From the NCBI GenBank assembly GCA_000091205.1, contig AP006493.2: 64,000 bases of DNA. The stretch is one strand, 5' to 3'. Positions 24,901-33,869 of the stretch are shown piece by piece. A program made the translations under genes and the position numbers. Within the stretch, counting starts at the first letter, position 1, and the number at the start of each line of letters is the position of its first letter. Source of the DNA: Cyanidioschyzon merolae. Lineage: Eukaryota. The notes beneath the pieces were generated by a model. It was not told the DNA's origin. It made no database searches and was given only the letters and a program-made list of their open reading frames with translations.

Positions 24901-27900
24901 TGGACGCTGCAGAGGCGTCCGCTTGGTTGGTGCTCGGCACCATAGAGGTGTACGGAGTGCGACTTTGCGACAGCCGCTGGCCTAACCTGCTGGGCTTCCT
25001 CGAATGGAGGCGAAAACTCCTGAGACAGCTCGATTCCGCTGGGAACACACGGCCTCGTGCGGAAGCTAGGAAGGGAGAGGTTTCCGCGCTCCAGTCGCAG
25101 GCTACGACTAGGCCAGGAACGGCATTGTCGTCAACCTGTCCGCGGTTAGCAGATAAGGATGAAATTGGAAAGGCCTTACACGCTCAGGATAGACTGGCTC
25201 CAGCATTGTCCGTGTCCGGTACTGCTGTATCATCGGGAATACCGGTCGGAAATGCATTGCCAGCAGCAGACGACGGAATAGCCACCACCGTGGAGCAGCG
25301 TTCTGAACGCTCACGAATGGAAATCAACGCTTCTAGCGCAGAGGTGGCATCCTCTTCCGCCGCAGTATCTTCGGGAACGCCTCTACTGCCAGCACAGCAC
25401 ATCGCTTTGTGTGAACGCGATAAGCTTCGCTCAACGGAAGCTGCACATTCGGCAGCAGTCCAAGATATCGCTTCCGCGGATAACATCGAGGACACTGCCG
25501 CTGGACGAATTGTCTGGCGAGCATGCTGGATGCTTGCCGCTATCTTGGCGATCACGGGGGATAATGCGACGACCGGGCTCCAACTAGTCGATGGTTCACT
25601 GCAACATCGCCTGAAGAGCTTTCCTGGTGCTAGCGATGCAGCAGAGGACGCCAACTCGCCACAAATGAAGCATCCAAGCGGCTACCTTGATCGCCACTGG
25701 TTCGGAACGTGGCGTGCGTTATGGAAACTTCTCAGCACTAGGAAGTATTGTTGGCAAAAGCGTCTGATGTTTGCGCAGTCGCTTCAGGAGACTGGCGATG
25801 AACACGCTGCGCTCGAGCAACTCTTGCATGCGGAGACGCATCAAGCCAGACGCTTTCTACGTCTAGATGATACGGAGAACACGCTTCTCCTACAGCAACA
25901 AGCCCGGAAATGCTTCGGCTGCTGGTCAGCGGATCAGGATCAAGTACCAGCAGCTTGGACGAGGGACTTGGTATGCTGGACGGTTGACAGTCTCGACACG
26001 TGCAGCGATCAACACCAGGGACGAGAGGCACTCCTCTGGGCTATCCAGGGACTAGAATGGCTCTACGAAGCGTGCGCTTCATGGACTACCACCACCACCA
26101 CCACCACTGCCACCACCGCAGCACATTCGACAACTCGTTCGGATCAAGGGCATCCTTTATCGATAGATGCGGCCAGCGTCTGCTCTTCACAGGAGACGCT
26201 TGTCTTATCGATAGACTTGGCCCGTGTGTACGCAGAGACTGCGGCAGCTTGGCTGAGCGCCTTTGACACCGAGGGTGCTGGTTCTGCGTCCGCGCCAAAT
26301 GAAGAAGATGAATCATCGCAACGGGATCGACCAACGTTTACAGAACGGAACCTCTGGACAGGTTTCCTCGTGGCGGCGAAACGACTCGGAGACGCCTGGT
26401 GCTCGTCGAGCCGGTGCTGGCAACAGCGTCCAAGTCGGCATGCGAACGAAGGTTCCTCGTCGGAACTCGATTTCTCCGCAGTTTTCTCGTGGTTATTTGA
26501 ACCATTTATTACGGAAGCAGCACCGAATGTGCTTACGAGATTCTTGCAAGTCTGGCTCACGGATGTCGACAAGTTGATCGGCGTCGATGCAACGCATCCT
26601 TCTGCGTTCGACTACTTGGACACTTGGCTTAGGGCCTGCTCTCATCACTGTGCACTGCACTCCTCTGAGCAGACGGAGTGTCGAGCGCGGATGCAAGCGG
26701 CCCCGAGTGCTTTACACGGGCGCTGTGCCCTGCCCTGGCGACGGCTGCCTCCTGAACGGCTACGCCTCATCTTGCGAGCGAGCCTCCTATGTGTCTCTGA
26801 CCAGAATCACTGGTGGTCGTTGTTGCGCCTCATCAACAACGTCGTTACGTCCGCTTCTCACATGGACGAAGCGCTGCGCACTGCCGAGCATTTCGCTGCC
26901 TTACTCAGCGATGAAGAGGCTGTTGTAGAATCGTCGACGCGAGCTATGGATTCCTGGTCGACTTTGGAAGTTTTCTGGATAGTATCAAACACCGTAGCAC
27001 CGCACATGATGGACTCGATGTCATTGTTCGAAACTGCAACTGGACCTGGAGCAACATTCGAGGCACTTGCGGCTGGACGGCAGCGCGAATGTTCACAACG
27101 CCGAGAGACACACCACGATATAGCGCTCTCTGTATGGATCAGGTGTTTTCAACAGCAATGGGTACCTGATCATTGGTCAGACTGTACTGCCTGGTTGCGA
27201 GCGTACTTTTTTCTGGTACTTGCTGCGAGTTGTCTCTGGTTTACGGTTGGTAATGGGAATGATCTTTCTGGTTCGGCTGACGCTACGACGACCTGCATTG
27301 CTGCTGCTGCTGCTGCTGCTGCTACTTCTAGTACTTGCAGTCGTGACACCACTACTGCTCGTATGCGTACTTCTACTGTTGTTGATGATGGTGATGATGA
27401 TGCGACTACCGTATCTCCTGCCTCTACGTTTACTGCTACCGATCCAGCAACGGCTAGAATGAGGCCCTGCGAGGCCGGTGTTGCCTCAGCTTGCAGCCCC
27501 GATAGCCTTGTGGAAGCCAGCAACTCGGGCAATGAGCCGGGCTGGAACGTTGCTGCCACGCGAACGCTCATCGAGTCGGTAGAGTTAGCGCTCTGGGACT
27601 GGTACGGTGCTGGTTTGTGTTTCGGATACCTGGAACAGCCTCCAGCTGCCTTAACAGACCTCGTGGAGGTGCTCATACCCTCGCGAGATGTCGTATCCGC
27701 GGCGTTCCAGCTCGTCGCCGTTCGCCAGACTCTAGCAGCGTTATCCACAGTGGACAATGGAGCATCTGCGCTATGCGACGCCTGCTGCGACCCTGCTGGC
27801 CAAACACAACGAAAAACGTCCACGTACTGGAACCGGTGGCAACGGCAGCAGCGGGTACAACAGGCTGTGCTCTGGATAAGCGCTGTACGGGAACGTGAGT

Positions 27901-30839
27901 TGTGCACGGACCTGGGACTAGCCACGCTTTTACCGACACTAGTCACTGCATTGAAGCACGATGATCGCTATTCAGCGGGTCTTTTGTTGCAATCGCTGCT
28001 CACATTGGGGAGCGAGCTAGCGCACTGGCAACAGATATCGCTTTCCCTGCGTTTGACTTGGGCCTGGCAACTTTTGCGCCTCCTCCTGGTGGAGCCAGAA
28101 CTCCGGCACTGGGCCCAAGACGCTTTGGTGATTGTTCTGGAACGATTGCTGTGCGACTTGATGGATGCTCCAGACCCTGGGGCCTGGGCAGCAACAGGGC
28201 AGCAGTCACCAGCATGCGCTGGTGTATGCGACGCTTCCGAGGCATCGATGTTGCTGGTGCTTTTGCGAAAGTACGTGGCGCTCTATCGACCCCGAGCGCT
28301 CTGCAAAGCGCTACCTACACTCGCAGACTGGGTCACGCTCCTTGCTGCACACTTGCATATCACAGCGGAACTGGTTGGACTCGAACGCTTCCTGATGCAG
28401 GCGACATTCCCGGGGTCCACGACCGCGGTCACTGAACGCAGCTGTGGGCGCGAGGCAGGCGCAACACCATCCAACAACCAGGAGCAAGTCTCTTGGCCGC
28501 TTTCTTGGTTACTGGCATCGCCGGTGTGTGTGGACTGTTTCCACGAGGCGCAAGGTGCGGGCCTGACGCTCCAGGCGGCCGGAGTGCATGGCGCTAGGAG
28601 CAGTGCATCGTTGCAGACTGCACAGCTTAGCGGAAGCACTTGCCTGGGCGGTGCTTCGTCGGCAGCAGCAGTCGCTGGAACGTTCGTCAAGCGCCAACCT
28701 CTATCGACTCTGGCGACTTGCGTACGCTTTGATGACGATCGTATTCAGGCGACATGGACGAGCCCGAAACGACTGCACTGTTTGGGTGTGCGCTTGCGTC
28801 ACACTCGTCGAAGCTTGGCCACGATACTCGGGTTTCGTGTATTGGTGCGCTCTCTAGGTACCGCGCTGGATGCTGCCGAAGTTCCTGGAGCAAGTGCAAC
28901 GCGTGCTCCAGCGAACTGGCGATGCCTCTGTGAACTAGTCTACCGCCAGGATGGGGCGCTGCTTGGTGTGCTCTGCTTTCTGGATGAATGGCCGGAACCG
29001 CTGTTGGGTGCTGATAACGCCCTCGCAACTGGACTTGCACTCGGCTTGACGCGTCAGACTGGCCGTTGTTGTGTACCCGAAACGCAAATTTGTCCGCGAT
29101 GTGCTCGCCTGGTGAGTGAACGGGGCGGCGTCTGTCCAGCTTGTCGAGAGAACGTCTATCAGTGTCGAGCGTGTCGCTTCATTGATTACGGGCGACTTGA
29201 TGCCTTGCTGTGTCGTGAATGTGGCAACTCGCGTCTCATGCGTTGTGATATTCAAGTCGAGACGAGCGACGTTGATCAGGAAGGGACGTTGTTGGAAGCG
29301 CTCATGCATTGGCGCTTCCGGCACACAACCGGTACAAGCAGCAGCAGCATCAGCAACACCGGAAGCGGAGGCGGAACGGAAACTGCACCAGGGGGAAATG
29401 CTAGCGCACCGGCAGTCAGCGCGGAAACGCATGAACCGAAAGCTGCTGCTGCTGCTGCTGCTGCTGCATGGATCGGTGCTCGAGAACGTCGAACAGCGCT
29501 CGTCGCGTGGTGCCTACACGCCCCCACTGAGGCGCTTTTACCGGTTGCGTGTGCGCGATGTGCGCAACGGCGGCTTCCTCGCCTTTGGACGATGTTCGCT
29601 GAAGCAGTTGGGCGTGCTGAATCCGCATCGACTGACCAGTGGAGCCAAGTGTTCGAGCCTCTGCACCGTGCCTTGTTGGTGCTGTTCAGTAGTGGCGGTT
29701 TCATCGATGGCGAGAGAGCAACGCAACAGCTGCCAGTGACGCTGGGCTCATTGCCGCAGCCGGCTCGCGACGCTTGGTTGCGCATCTTGGAGGAGGCACT
29801 CGTCGCTTCCGAATCTGGACCTCGAAATGAGCATGGTGAGGATGCTCGTTCGCGCTGCGAGTTCCAATGTGATCTCGGACAAGCGTATCTGCACCTCCTG
29901 ACGCAGTCGTTTGCATGCTCGGGAGCGTTTGGTGCAGATCGCTTGCTGCAGGGCGCAGAAGCGACCAGCGCTACGACGATGCTGGGCGGCATGCAGCAGC
30001 GTATTGTTATTCCTGCTACGCTGTTCAACAGCACCGCCGACTATCTAGCCGCAGTATATAGCCAAAGGTGGTGTGTACGTCTTTTCCAAAGGCGCTGGTG
30101 TCGGGGCCAAAGTCCGTGGCGGAGGCCCTGTCCCGAGCAATCCTGCAGCGAGGCGTGTATCTGGCGTGCACTTTTTCATCCGTATGCCCCAGGAGTACGC
30201 ACTTGGGCGCTTCGCGTCCTCGCACAGCGACCAGGGTACTGGCGTTGGCTCTTTCACCATAGAATCCTGCTGTTTGGTTGTTGGCAAGCGCTCCGACACG
30301 GTTGTGTTGACATGCTCGACGCGTACTGGGCGCTATGGAGTTGGCTATGGCACCACGAGCGAGCCTGGGTGGACTTTTGGGACTCCACTGGCGGCCTGGA
30401 GTTGCTCTGTACCGTGATTGCTTTCGCAGCTGGCGGTGTACCCTCTGGTGCAGACTCGAAAACGGCCATAGCTTGTGGATGTAGGCGAAACGCTTGGGTT
30501 CCGTCGCTCGCGGAAGCAGTCATTCATGCATGCTTGGAGCGCATCCAGGAGGCTGTGGTGCTGCGAGGGCGTTTACAGTGGACACGAGCTGCACTGGACT
30601 GTTTGCTCTGTGCGTTTGAAGCGCTCTATGTAGTTGCCGACACGAGGATGTCGCTAGCGGCGCAGTTAGCGCTGCTGATACAACGCCAAGCGGAACGGGA
30701 GCCGCTCCTGGCCCATTGGCAAGCTCGGTGGATGACGCAGCGTCTAGAGCGGTTGACAATGTCAGCTGGGACGGTTTCGTGTTTGCATACCGGAGCGACA
30801 GTGCTCGAAAGGAACGAGGGAAATGCTTACGATCGTTGA
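18951..30839 (+). CDS. UBR4: UBR4/BIG (p600/Calossin)-type N-recognin E3 ubiquitin ligase, single 11.9-kb ORF
   Basis: Canonical UBR box at ~19932-20090 (CTFLLTGRSFRDQHWYRCSTCAFREDEGVCTSCALICHAGHEVSYVRFSGFFCDCG). C-terminal cysteine-rich module at ~29091-29250 (CPRCARLVSERGGVCPACRENVYQCRACRFIDYGRLDALLCRECGNSRLMRCD) typical of the UBR4 E3 domain. Protein length is 3,962 aa. An alternative start is Met at 19095. Confidence 0.9.
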   Translation: MSARTNARFSSMLNGSAGISYSGRRNLRSNVPLDAGLLLLLLVHKVPNMDQVAACFRAAYADAVGSTPLLASAEERAVFVKNSLEFALKVEAQSRDVTAAGAEQQRTEIDRARQRLWFFCVGAAELLKEPGAQFPSPSLVTAAQQALRQRQQHWCNRLAAASRLSADTTLSTADEVDSLIALVRIGLTVLGLFVCLSILGEREHWRGPFLCELWQQGRAVYEALERQKASSAALRTTASFLQSYWLDALCTATWWIADLSNHAAATAWTLDTSPSSLLQIRDSASAQCSVWNPLHCSFTQPCATIRDQHWNCRGCSALQASSWTPHQCTFLLTGRSFRDQHWYRCSTCAFREDEGVCTSCALICHAGHEVSYVRFSGFFCDCGANAAATTPRTKCLLCTLVRSEETSSTTSSSEALHTSTETPRGAERRPAKAPELRDEHLLWMRPPSVSPLVELDSTKACFYHVFMEIAQLHGSSDRCPVRDASGSGETAPAGVLLAKAITEHLQSTFEWLRDSVLFRFLQSPTPGEIPLETNAQSQSVVQMPGTEQAPRKAFLPALHRAAAAGDESPRTATCNARDVREIQQDTCQVRGAGTYIQRATWKPEAVQVLTRVRHVDTNQGQSTLGMGVFWQLLPCGKQEARNPRELHWHHEPVLAFVDGLFLVTLAASEHHVAFLSDEADIRRSSASVPVHPSSEPLERAPLAGCACTGTVRSTRPTALDARRWIRRPLGFCAGELGFAPSCPRRGSLQRLLALNRETSTLRLYCVGSTVADVDGSLHAQSCASESPSRPVAAAAHPVVEPDKVRSVTLPTSGQSFTASWGTTDAAAAGDGTTVVHSAEALVGASGSRPAPAGPSANTATLVNAVGVSADAVVSDQLAEYPSNTRSRMQAPARRSTIRAHRAQRVLQRWREYHQVHAKRCLRLLLRPVPGPGAASAEGGTAYGAAEVATVPKTTPATLSLEQPERSSTGTMTFAAPAEASQFGARRATSTDTTSSQHPGRLYLLLERQCLETGEPIQEASWLDAYAIDWLLCLGRSRSSLEVLSIEYACWCWFCRWIREAHGEAAASAADTTSRPAGPDGTETCLTVSEAPSGTVSNDEEPFLWLSFADMDEALAARQPCTLRPAPCTEAAAENARLLLEQTTGSESQILRWLPDAAPEHDPWHMRERKRFRLMFSNARDGVAEGFVASSATTARDIWHSEVTEATLAGPVTAWTYGRVFFDASDRNRSPPGRLLLFLVLSNQHLVVYEYVAEARAASSVDIETSGLRQVASLELPLFDTTPCMHTLANAPEEKPSSPSATSTSTPARVLGLFYEAAQQELMLYWSNGHWSRWKLTWCREPGLDAAPEPDIGSRSIRNGHRSLSSERLLPFMPQLELTSVNSGCLFEGKAIVAEREALEDVQRVPVRCPHGCCCTSSSCSLMLLRSARTLYLLWWQREKRCWMATRQGAPYSSVSDVRVRQAGANSGAETAAQNTSMATQADSREQLAILCSLDAGTQDALLPERARRMDRPIPERCRQQRLIQATGWAQLEATACESASAFLIDVIMLLEDGTVLGTQTRLSCDVQISWNALEGSERPDRQPVSAVDSWKQQKHPEGVRYSCSGDVRLSQPHERDLSTAAARFAHLYWNHSTAEAVWLPASPEDGVAAADDEDEATPPDVASLPETPVEDHRGVRGNPVLQVRYPWIHCATSVAYQMTCSRSVSPWLGRPQGNSVPSALLLADQRNSNGGLVGFFELLDRVPSGMLAWTGDMWQLGLRSMTETQSWLEQWPSDSMELLSAPIRAFTYRSSAEQRPFRREDDAPGTRLTVLAYRVHSTSSSGAAREKRTAGLLQMPQRCEDTPLPLAADALLGQEQGQHHQLVFHVSNVGDNDASWALLGIRMAWLQPNRSGVQGVATPTQLEPQLVELLVQGDHEPATVPERGTSAPWTSRLSLELLPDPWVNPVPPEQGTWRWMEYCWDDPVVLRRNPCNRQVVLTIRAPAMDAAEASAWLVLGTIEVYGVRLCDSRWPNLLGFLEWRRKLLRQLDSAGNTRPRAEARKGEVSALQSQATTRPGTALSSTCPRLADKDEIGKALHAQDRLAPALSVSGTAVSSGIPVGNALPAADDGIATTVEQRSERSRMEINASSAEVASSSAAVSSGTPLLPAQHIALCERDKLRSTEAAHSAAVQDIASADNIEDTAAGRIVWRACWMLAAILAITGDNATTGLQLVDGSLQHRLKSFPGASDAAEDANSPQMKHPSGYLDRHWFGTWRALWKLLSTRKYCWQKRLMFAQSLQETGDEHAALEQLLHAETHQARRFLRLDDTENTLLLQQQARKCFGCWSADQDQVPAAWTRDLVCWTVDSLDTCSDQHQGREALLWAIQGLEWLYEACASWTTTTTTTTATTAAHSTTRSDQGHPLSIDAASVCSSQETLVLSIDLARVYAETAAAWLSAFDTEGAGSASAPNEEDESSQRDRPTFTERNLWTGFLVAAKRLGDAWCSSSRCWQQRPSRHANEGSSSELDFSAVFSWLFEPFITEAAPNVLTRFLQVWLTDVDKLIGVDATHPSAFDYLDTWLRACSHHCALHSSEQTECRARMQAAPSALHGRCALPWRRLPPERLRLILRASLLCVSDQNHWWSLLRLINNVVTSASHMDEALRTAEHFAALLSDEEAVVESSTRAMDSWSTLEVFWIVSNTVAPHMMDSMSLFETATGPGATFEALAAGRQRECSQRRETHHDIALSVWIRCFQQQWVPDHWSDCTAWLRAYFFLVLAASCLWFTVGNGNDLSGSADATTTCIAAAAAAAATSSTCSRDTTTARMRTSTVVDDGDDDATTVSPASTFTATDPATARMRPCEAGVASACSPDSLVEASNSGNEPGWNVAATRTLIESVELALWDWYGAGLCFGYLEQPPAALTDLVEVLIPSRDVVSAAFQLVAVRQTLAALSTVDNGASALCDACCDPAGQTQRKTSTYWNRWQRQQRVQQAVLWISAVRERELCTDLGLATLLPTLVTALKHDDRYSAGLLLQSLLTLGSELAHWQQISLSLRLTWAWQLLRLLLVEPELRHWAQDALVIVLERLLCDLMDAPDPGAWAATGQQSPACAGVCDASEASMLLVLLRKYVALYRPRALCKALPTLADWVTLLAAHLHITAELVGLERFLMQATFPGSTTAVTERSCGREAGATPSNNQEQVSWPLSWLLASPVCVDCFHEAQGAGLTLQAAGVHGARSSASLQTAQLSGSTCLGGASSAAAVAGTFVKRQPLSTLATCVRFDDDRIQATWTSPKRLHCLGVRLRHTRRSLATILGFRVLVRSLGTALDAAEVPGASATRAPANWRCLCELVYRQDGALLGVLCFLDEWPEPLLGADNALATGLALGLTRQTGRCCVPETQICPRCARLVSERGGVCPACRENVYQCRACRFIDYGRLDALLCRECGNSRLMRCDIQVETSDVDQEGTLLEALMHWRFRHTTGTSSSSISNTGSGGGTETAPGGNASAPAVSAETHEPKAAAAAAAAAWIGARERRTALVAWCLHAPTEALLPVACARCAQRRLPRLWTMFAEAVGRAESASTDQWSQVFEPLHRALLVLFSSGGFIDGERATQQLPVTLGSLPQPARDAWLRILEEALVASESGPRNEHGEDARSRCEFQCDLGQAYLHLLTQSFACSGAFGADRLLQGAEATSATTMLGGMQQRIVIPATLFNSTADYLAAVYSQRWCVRLFQRRWCRGQSPWRRPCPEQSCSEACIWRALFHPYAPGVRTWALRVLAQRPGYWRWLFHHRILLFGCWQALRHGCVDMLDAYWALWSWLWHHERAWVDFWDSTGGLELLCTVIAFAAGGVPSGADSKTAIACGCRRNAWVPSLAEAVIHACLERIQEAVVLRGRLQWTRAALDCLLCAFEALYVVADTRMSLAAQLALLIQRQAEREPLLAHWQARWMTQRLERLTMSAGTVSCLHTGATVLERNEGNAYDR

Positions 30840-32329
30840 GGTCGGACGCAATGGACACCTGAGGCTGGATGCATGCGAAGCAGTGGCGCAGACTCCGGAA
30901 ACACGAAATGGAAACGATTTTGGTCGTTGAGGATGGGCACGATCGGATTCCGGTGACTGGAACAGCACACTGCAGACGAGGTTCAGCACGATTCGGAGCG
31001 GAAAGCGACCAAACATGAAATCTCACCTTTCCTGCGATTCATATCGGATGCATTCGTGTGGTGCAATCTTATGAGCGGCTGGTGCGAGCTGCATACCAAG
31101 CGGAATTGGGAGCATTGTTCGTTTACTACCTTTTGTGAACGATGGATGAAACGTTTGTACAGAGGAAATAAAAGTCAATATGTTTATGCACAGAGAGCAT
31201 GTGCTCGTTCTTTGCACAAGTATGGACTTGGCGAGCGGGCATCTCAAGAAATACCGATTCAGCGAATGCATGGATCCAATGCATCTGGACTTGGGGGAAT
31301 GTCGATCATTTCCAGGGTACTCGAATCCATCCGAAAAGATGCCTTTGGATGCAGCGTAGTGCATTCAGAACGACCTGTATCAGCGCGGCGCTCAAGAATT
31401 TTCGTTTGTGTTTTACTCTCGATGGTGATCAACAAAGCGAATGCCTCTTGTCGACTGGCGAACGCTTGCGAAAAAGCCTTGAAGCCGTCATTGCTGGCTT
31501 GTGTAAAAACGGGTTTGCGCGCACGAGTCAGTCATTCTATGGTGAGCAGGTGGCTGAAGAACCCCTCTTGTCGTCGACGTTCTGCATGTTGTGTACCCAA
31601 GACAGAGCTAATCAGACTTGGTCTACGTGGTTATCTGCTCGTCGATTCTTTCGAAGGTATCGATCAAGTGCCACCGAAGACTGCACAGAATACGAGGATT
31701 CCGTCTTGTTGATAAGAACGATGATAGCACGACACTGCTGGACAATGACAAAAACTCAATGATATCTGGAGAGCGTCGTGCTATGCAGAGCTCTCTCTCT
31801 CCATGGAGTAGAGAAACGCGAACGCTTCGTATAATAGATAATAATTTCGCGGCACTCGATGCAACTGTATTCGGAAGAAGTAATAGACCAAAACATGCGT
31901 ACCCAAAGAGTGGACACCGCTGTTCGTAGAAAAGAAACTAGCGGGCATGCTGACAACATCAGCCTCGGCAGCGATGCTGCCATGTGTTCGCCTACGAATC
32001 GTGGTGCAGCCAGGGTCATCCAATACCTGATTCTTCATCGGAGGACATTTCGTGGCGTCCCTAATCCGCATGCCTCTGTCCAAGTCATTGACAAGGTCGT
32101 GCTCCATCACTCCATACGGTGCAGGCATACGCAGCTGCGGTTGGCGGAGTGTTGCTCACAGTGCCTGCTTCAGCGCCCGAATGCACAGAGTTCAATGCGT
32201 CTCCTCTGTGGTAGAACGTCGCTTTTGTTTCGGCTCCGGGATCAGTCGACAAGCCGTTCGCATCCGTGACTCTGTTCTTCGACACGTCATTCTCGGGGTT
32301 CAACATCTTCGTGCTGGTCGATCGCTTCA

Positions 32330-32641
32330 GTGATCAACCGCTGGGGGGAGTGGAAGTACATGCCTCGGTCCGCGCGCCTAGTCGCGACGGAGGTGTCCAA
32401 GACGATTTACCTGGGGAATGTGGTATACATCGATGAAAAAGGCCAGTTTCAGTGCTACGGATCTTTAATTGCGTCTGAATCTCAAGGAAATTGCATAAGG
32501 ATGATAGCGATTCCATCCAGGCAACTGCGTCCAGTAAAGGAGACGGAGAAGAAGAAGCCTGGCTCTGCGAGCAAGTATGATATTTATGAGCAGCTTTACG
32601 AGGAACATCGGAAGTTCCCGTTCAAGTTTTGTTGTTTATAG
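32330..32641 (+). CDS. Hypothetical small protein (103 aa) in AT-richer convergent intergenic region
   Basis: ORF only. The beta-rich N-terminal segment (TIYLGNVVYIDEKGQFQCYGSLIASE) is loosely reminiscent of small Sm/KOW-like folds, but no motif could be confirmed. Confidence 0.15.
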   Translation: MINRWGEWKYMPRSARLVATEVSKTIYLGNVVYIDEKGQFQCYGSLIASESQGNCIRMIAIPSRQLRPVKETEKKKPGSASKYDIYEQLYEEHRKFPFKFCCL

Positions 32642-33869
32642 GGATGATGGAGAACGACGGCATCTATATTTGTACGCACTTTGTGAAAACTAGGCCTGAG
32701 TCAAACACAGGGACTCGCATTTAACCTTTCAAAGCACATGAAAAAGCGAAAGACGCTGCCGTGGGCGTGCATCCCGTGTTGAAAACCGACATCGCCGGTG
32801 CCGTGTCTCAAACTCAGGAGGAGGGAGCCAATGATCCGAATGGAAAGCATTCGAAGCTCGTGAACGTTTCCAAGAATCCATAACATCGAGATGCGGGTAT
32901 CATGCACGGCAGGAGACATGTCAACAAGTCCAGTGAGCGTGTCACGAGGTGTCCTGTGCTCGGAACACCATATCGTGCAGTGCGGAATGCTTTGTGCGGT
33001 TCAGTCAGAGCGCACCTGATCGTCTACGAGGCTTATGCGGATGAACGTTGGCAGTGGTACACGAGATGGTGCTATGGATGTCGAAGGTTTCGGTTATTTG
33101 ATGGCAACGAGCGAGCACTCGCAAAGCTGTTCGACGAGGTGGAAAGCGATACGGCCGATAGTACGCGTCGTATGGTGGTAGTCCGTGGCGCTGGGCGTTT
33201 TCTAGTACGCAACTGCGGCACTCCTGCAACTTCGACGAGTCCGTGCAACGAGTGCAGGAATCGGATCCCTAGAGTGCTTATCGATACGTCCAGAAGGATG
33301 GATATGCACCATGAGCGCGGGTGCACGCTGAAACTGGTAAAGGAGAAGAAGCGTGTGAAACAGAGACCGCCGGATGAGAGGGTGCGCTGTAGCTTGATCG
33401 ACCGTCATTCGAAGAAGCAGCCGACTTTGAGACACTTCCTATGGTGCGATGCTACCGGCGACAATACAAGCAAGCGCTTTCTTCGCCGAATCGTGAGCGC
33501 CTTGATCAGTAGGCGGGACAGCGTTGTGCCTCTGGAGCGTCCACCAAGTTTATGTTTAGCGTGATTTAGAGAGCATTTTTTGGTACTCGGTGTAAGCATT
33601 GTACTGAAGCGCTGAAGACGCACGATGCAACAAAACCAGTGGCCAAGACAGAGAAGATTGCGAACTCGCACGGAGCGAGGCACTGGTGCGGTACGTTTCA
33701 GATGGCCAGCGAGACTAGAACCCAGTATGTGTCCATCGAAAATGATTTTCTCGGGCAGATTTCATCGACGATCATCACGTTCCATGATTCATTCGTACAA
33801 GATATACAAGAGAAACCTATCCGGTATCCGAATCGCCACGGAAGTTCCTCGACGCAAGTGTCCAGCGCT

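Noticed and set aside
15819-30034. Large Arg/Ala-rich ORFs opposite the ePHD and UBR4-like genes (e.g. 15819..16547, 27170..27946, 29276..30034)
   Set aside because: GC-rich antisense frames with biased, low-complexity composition. The sense-strand genes have clear conserved domains.
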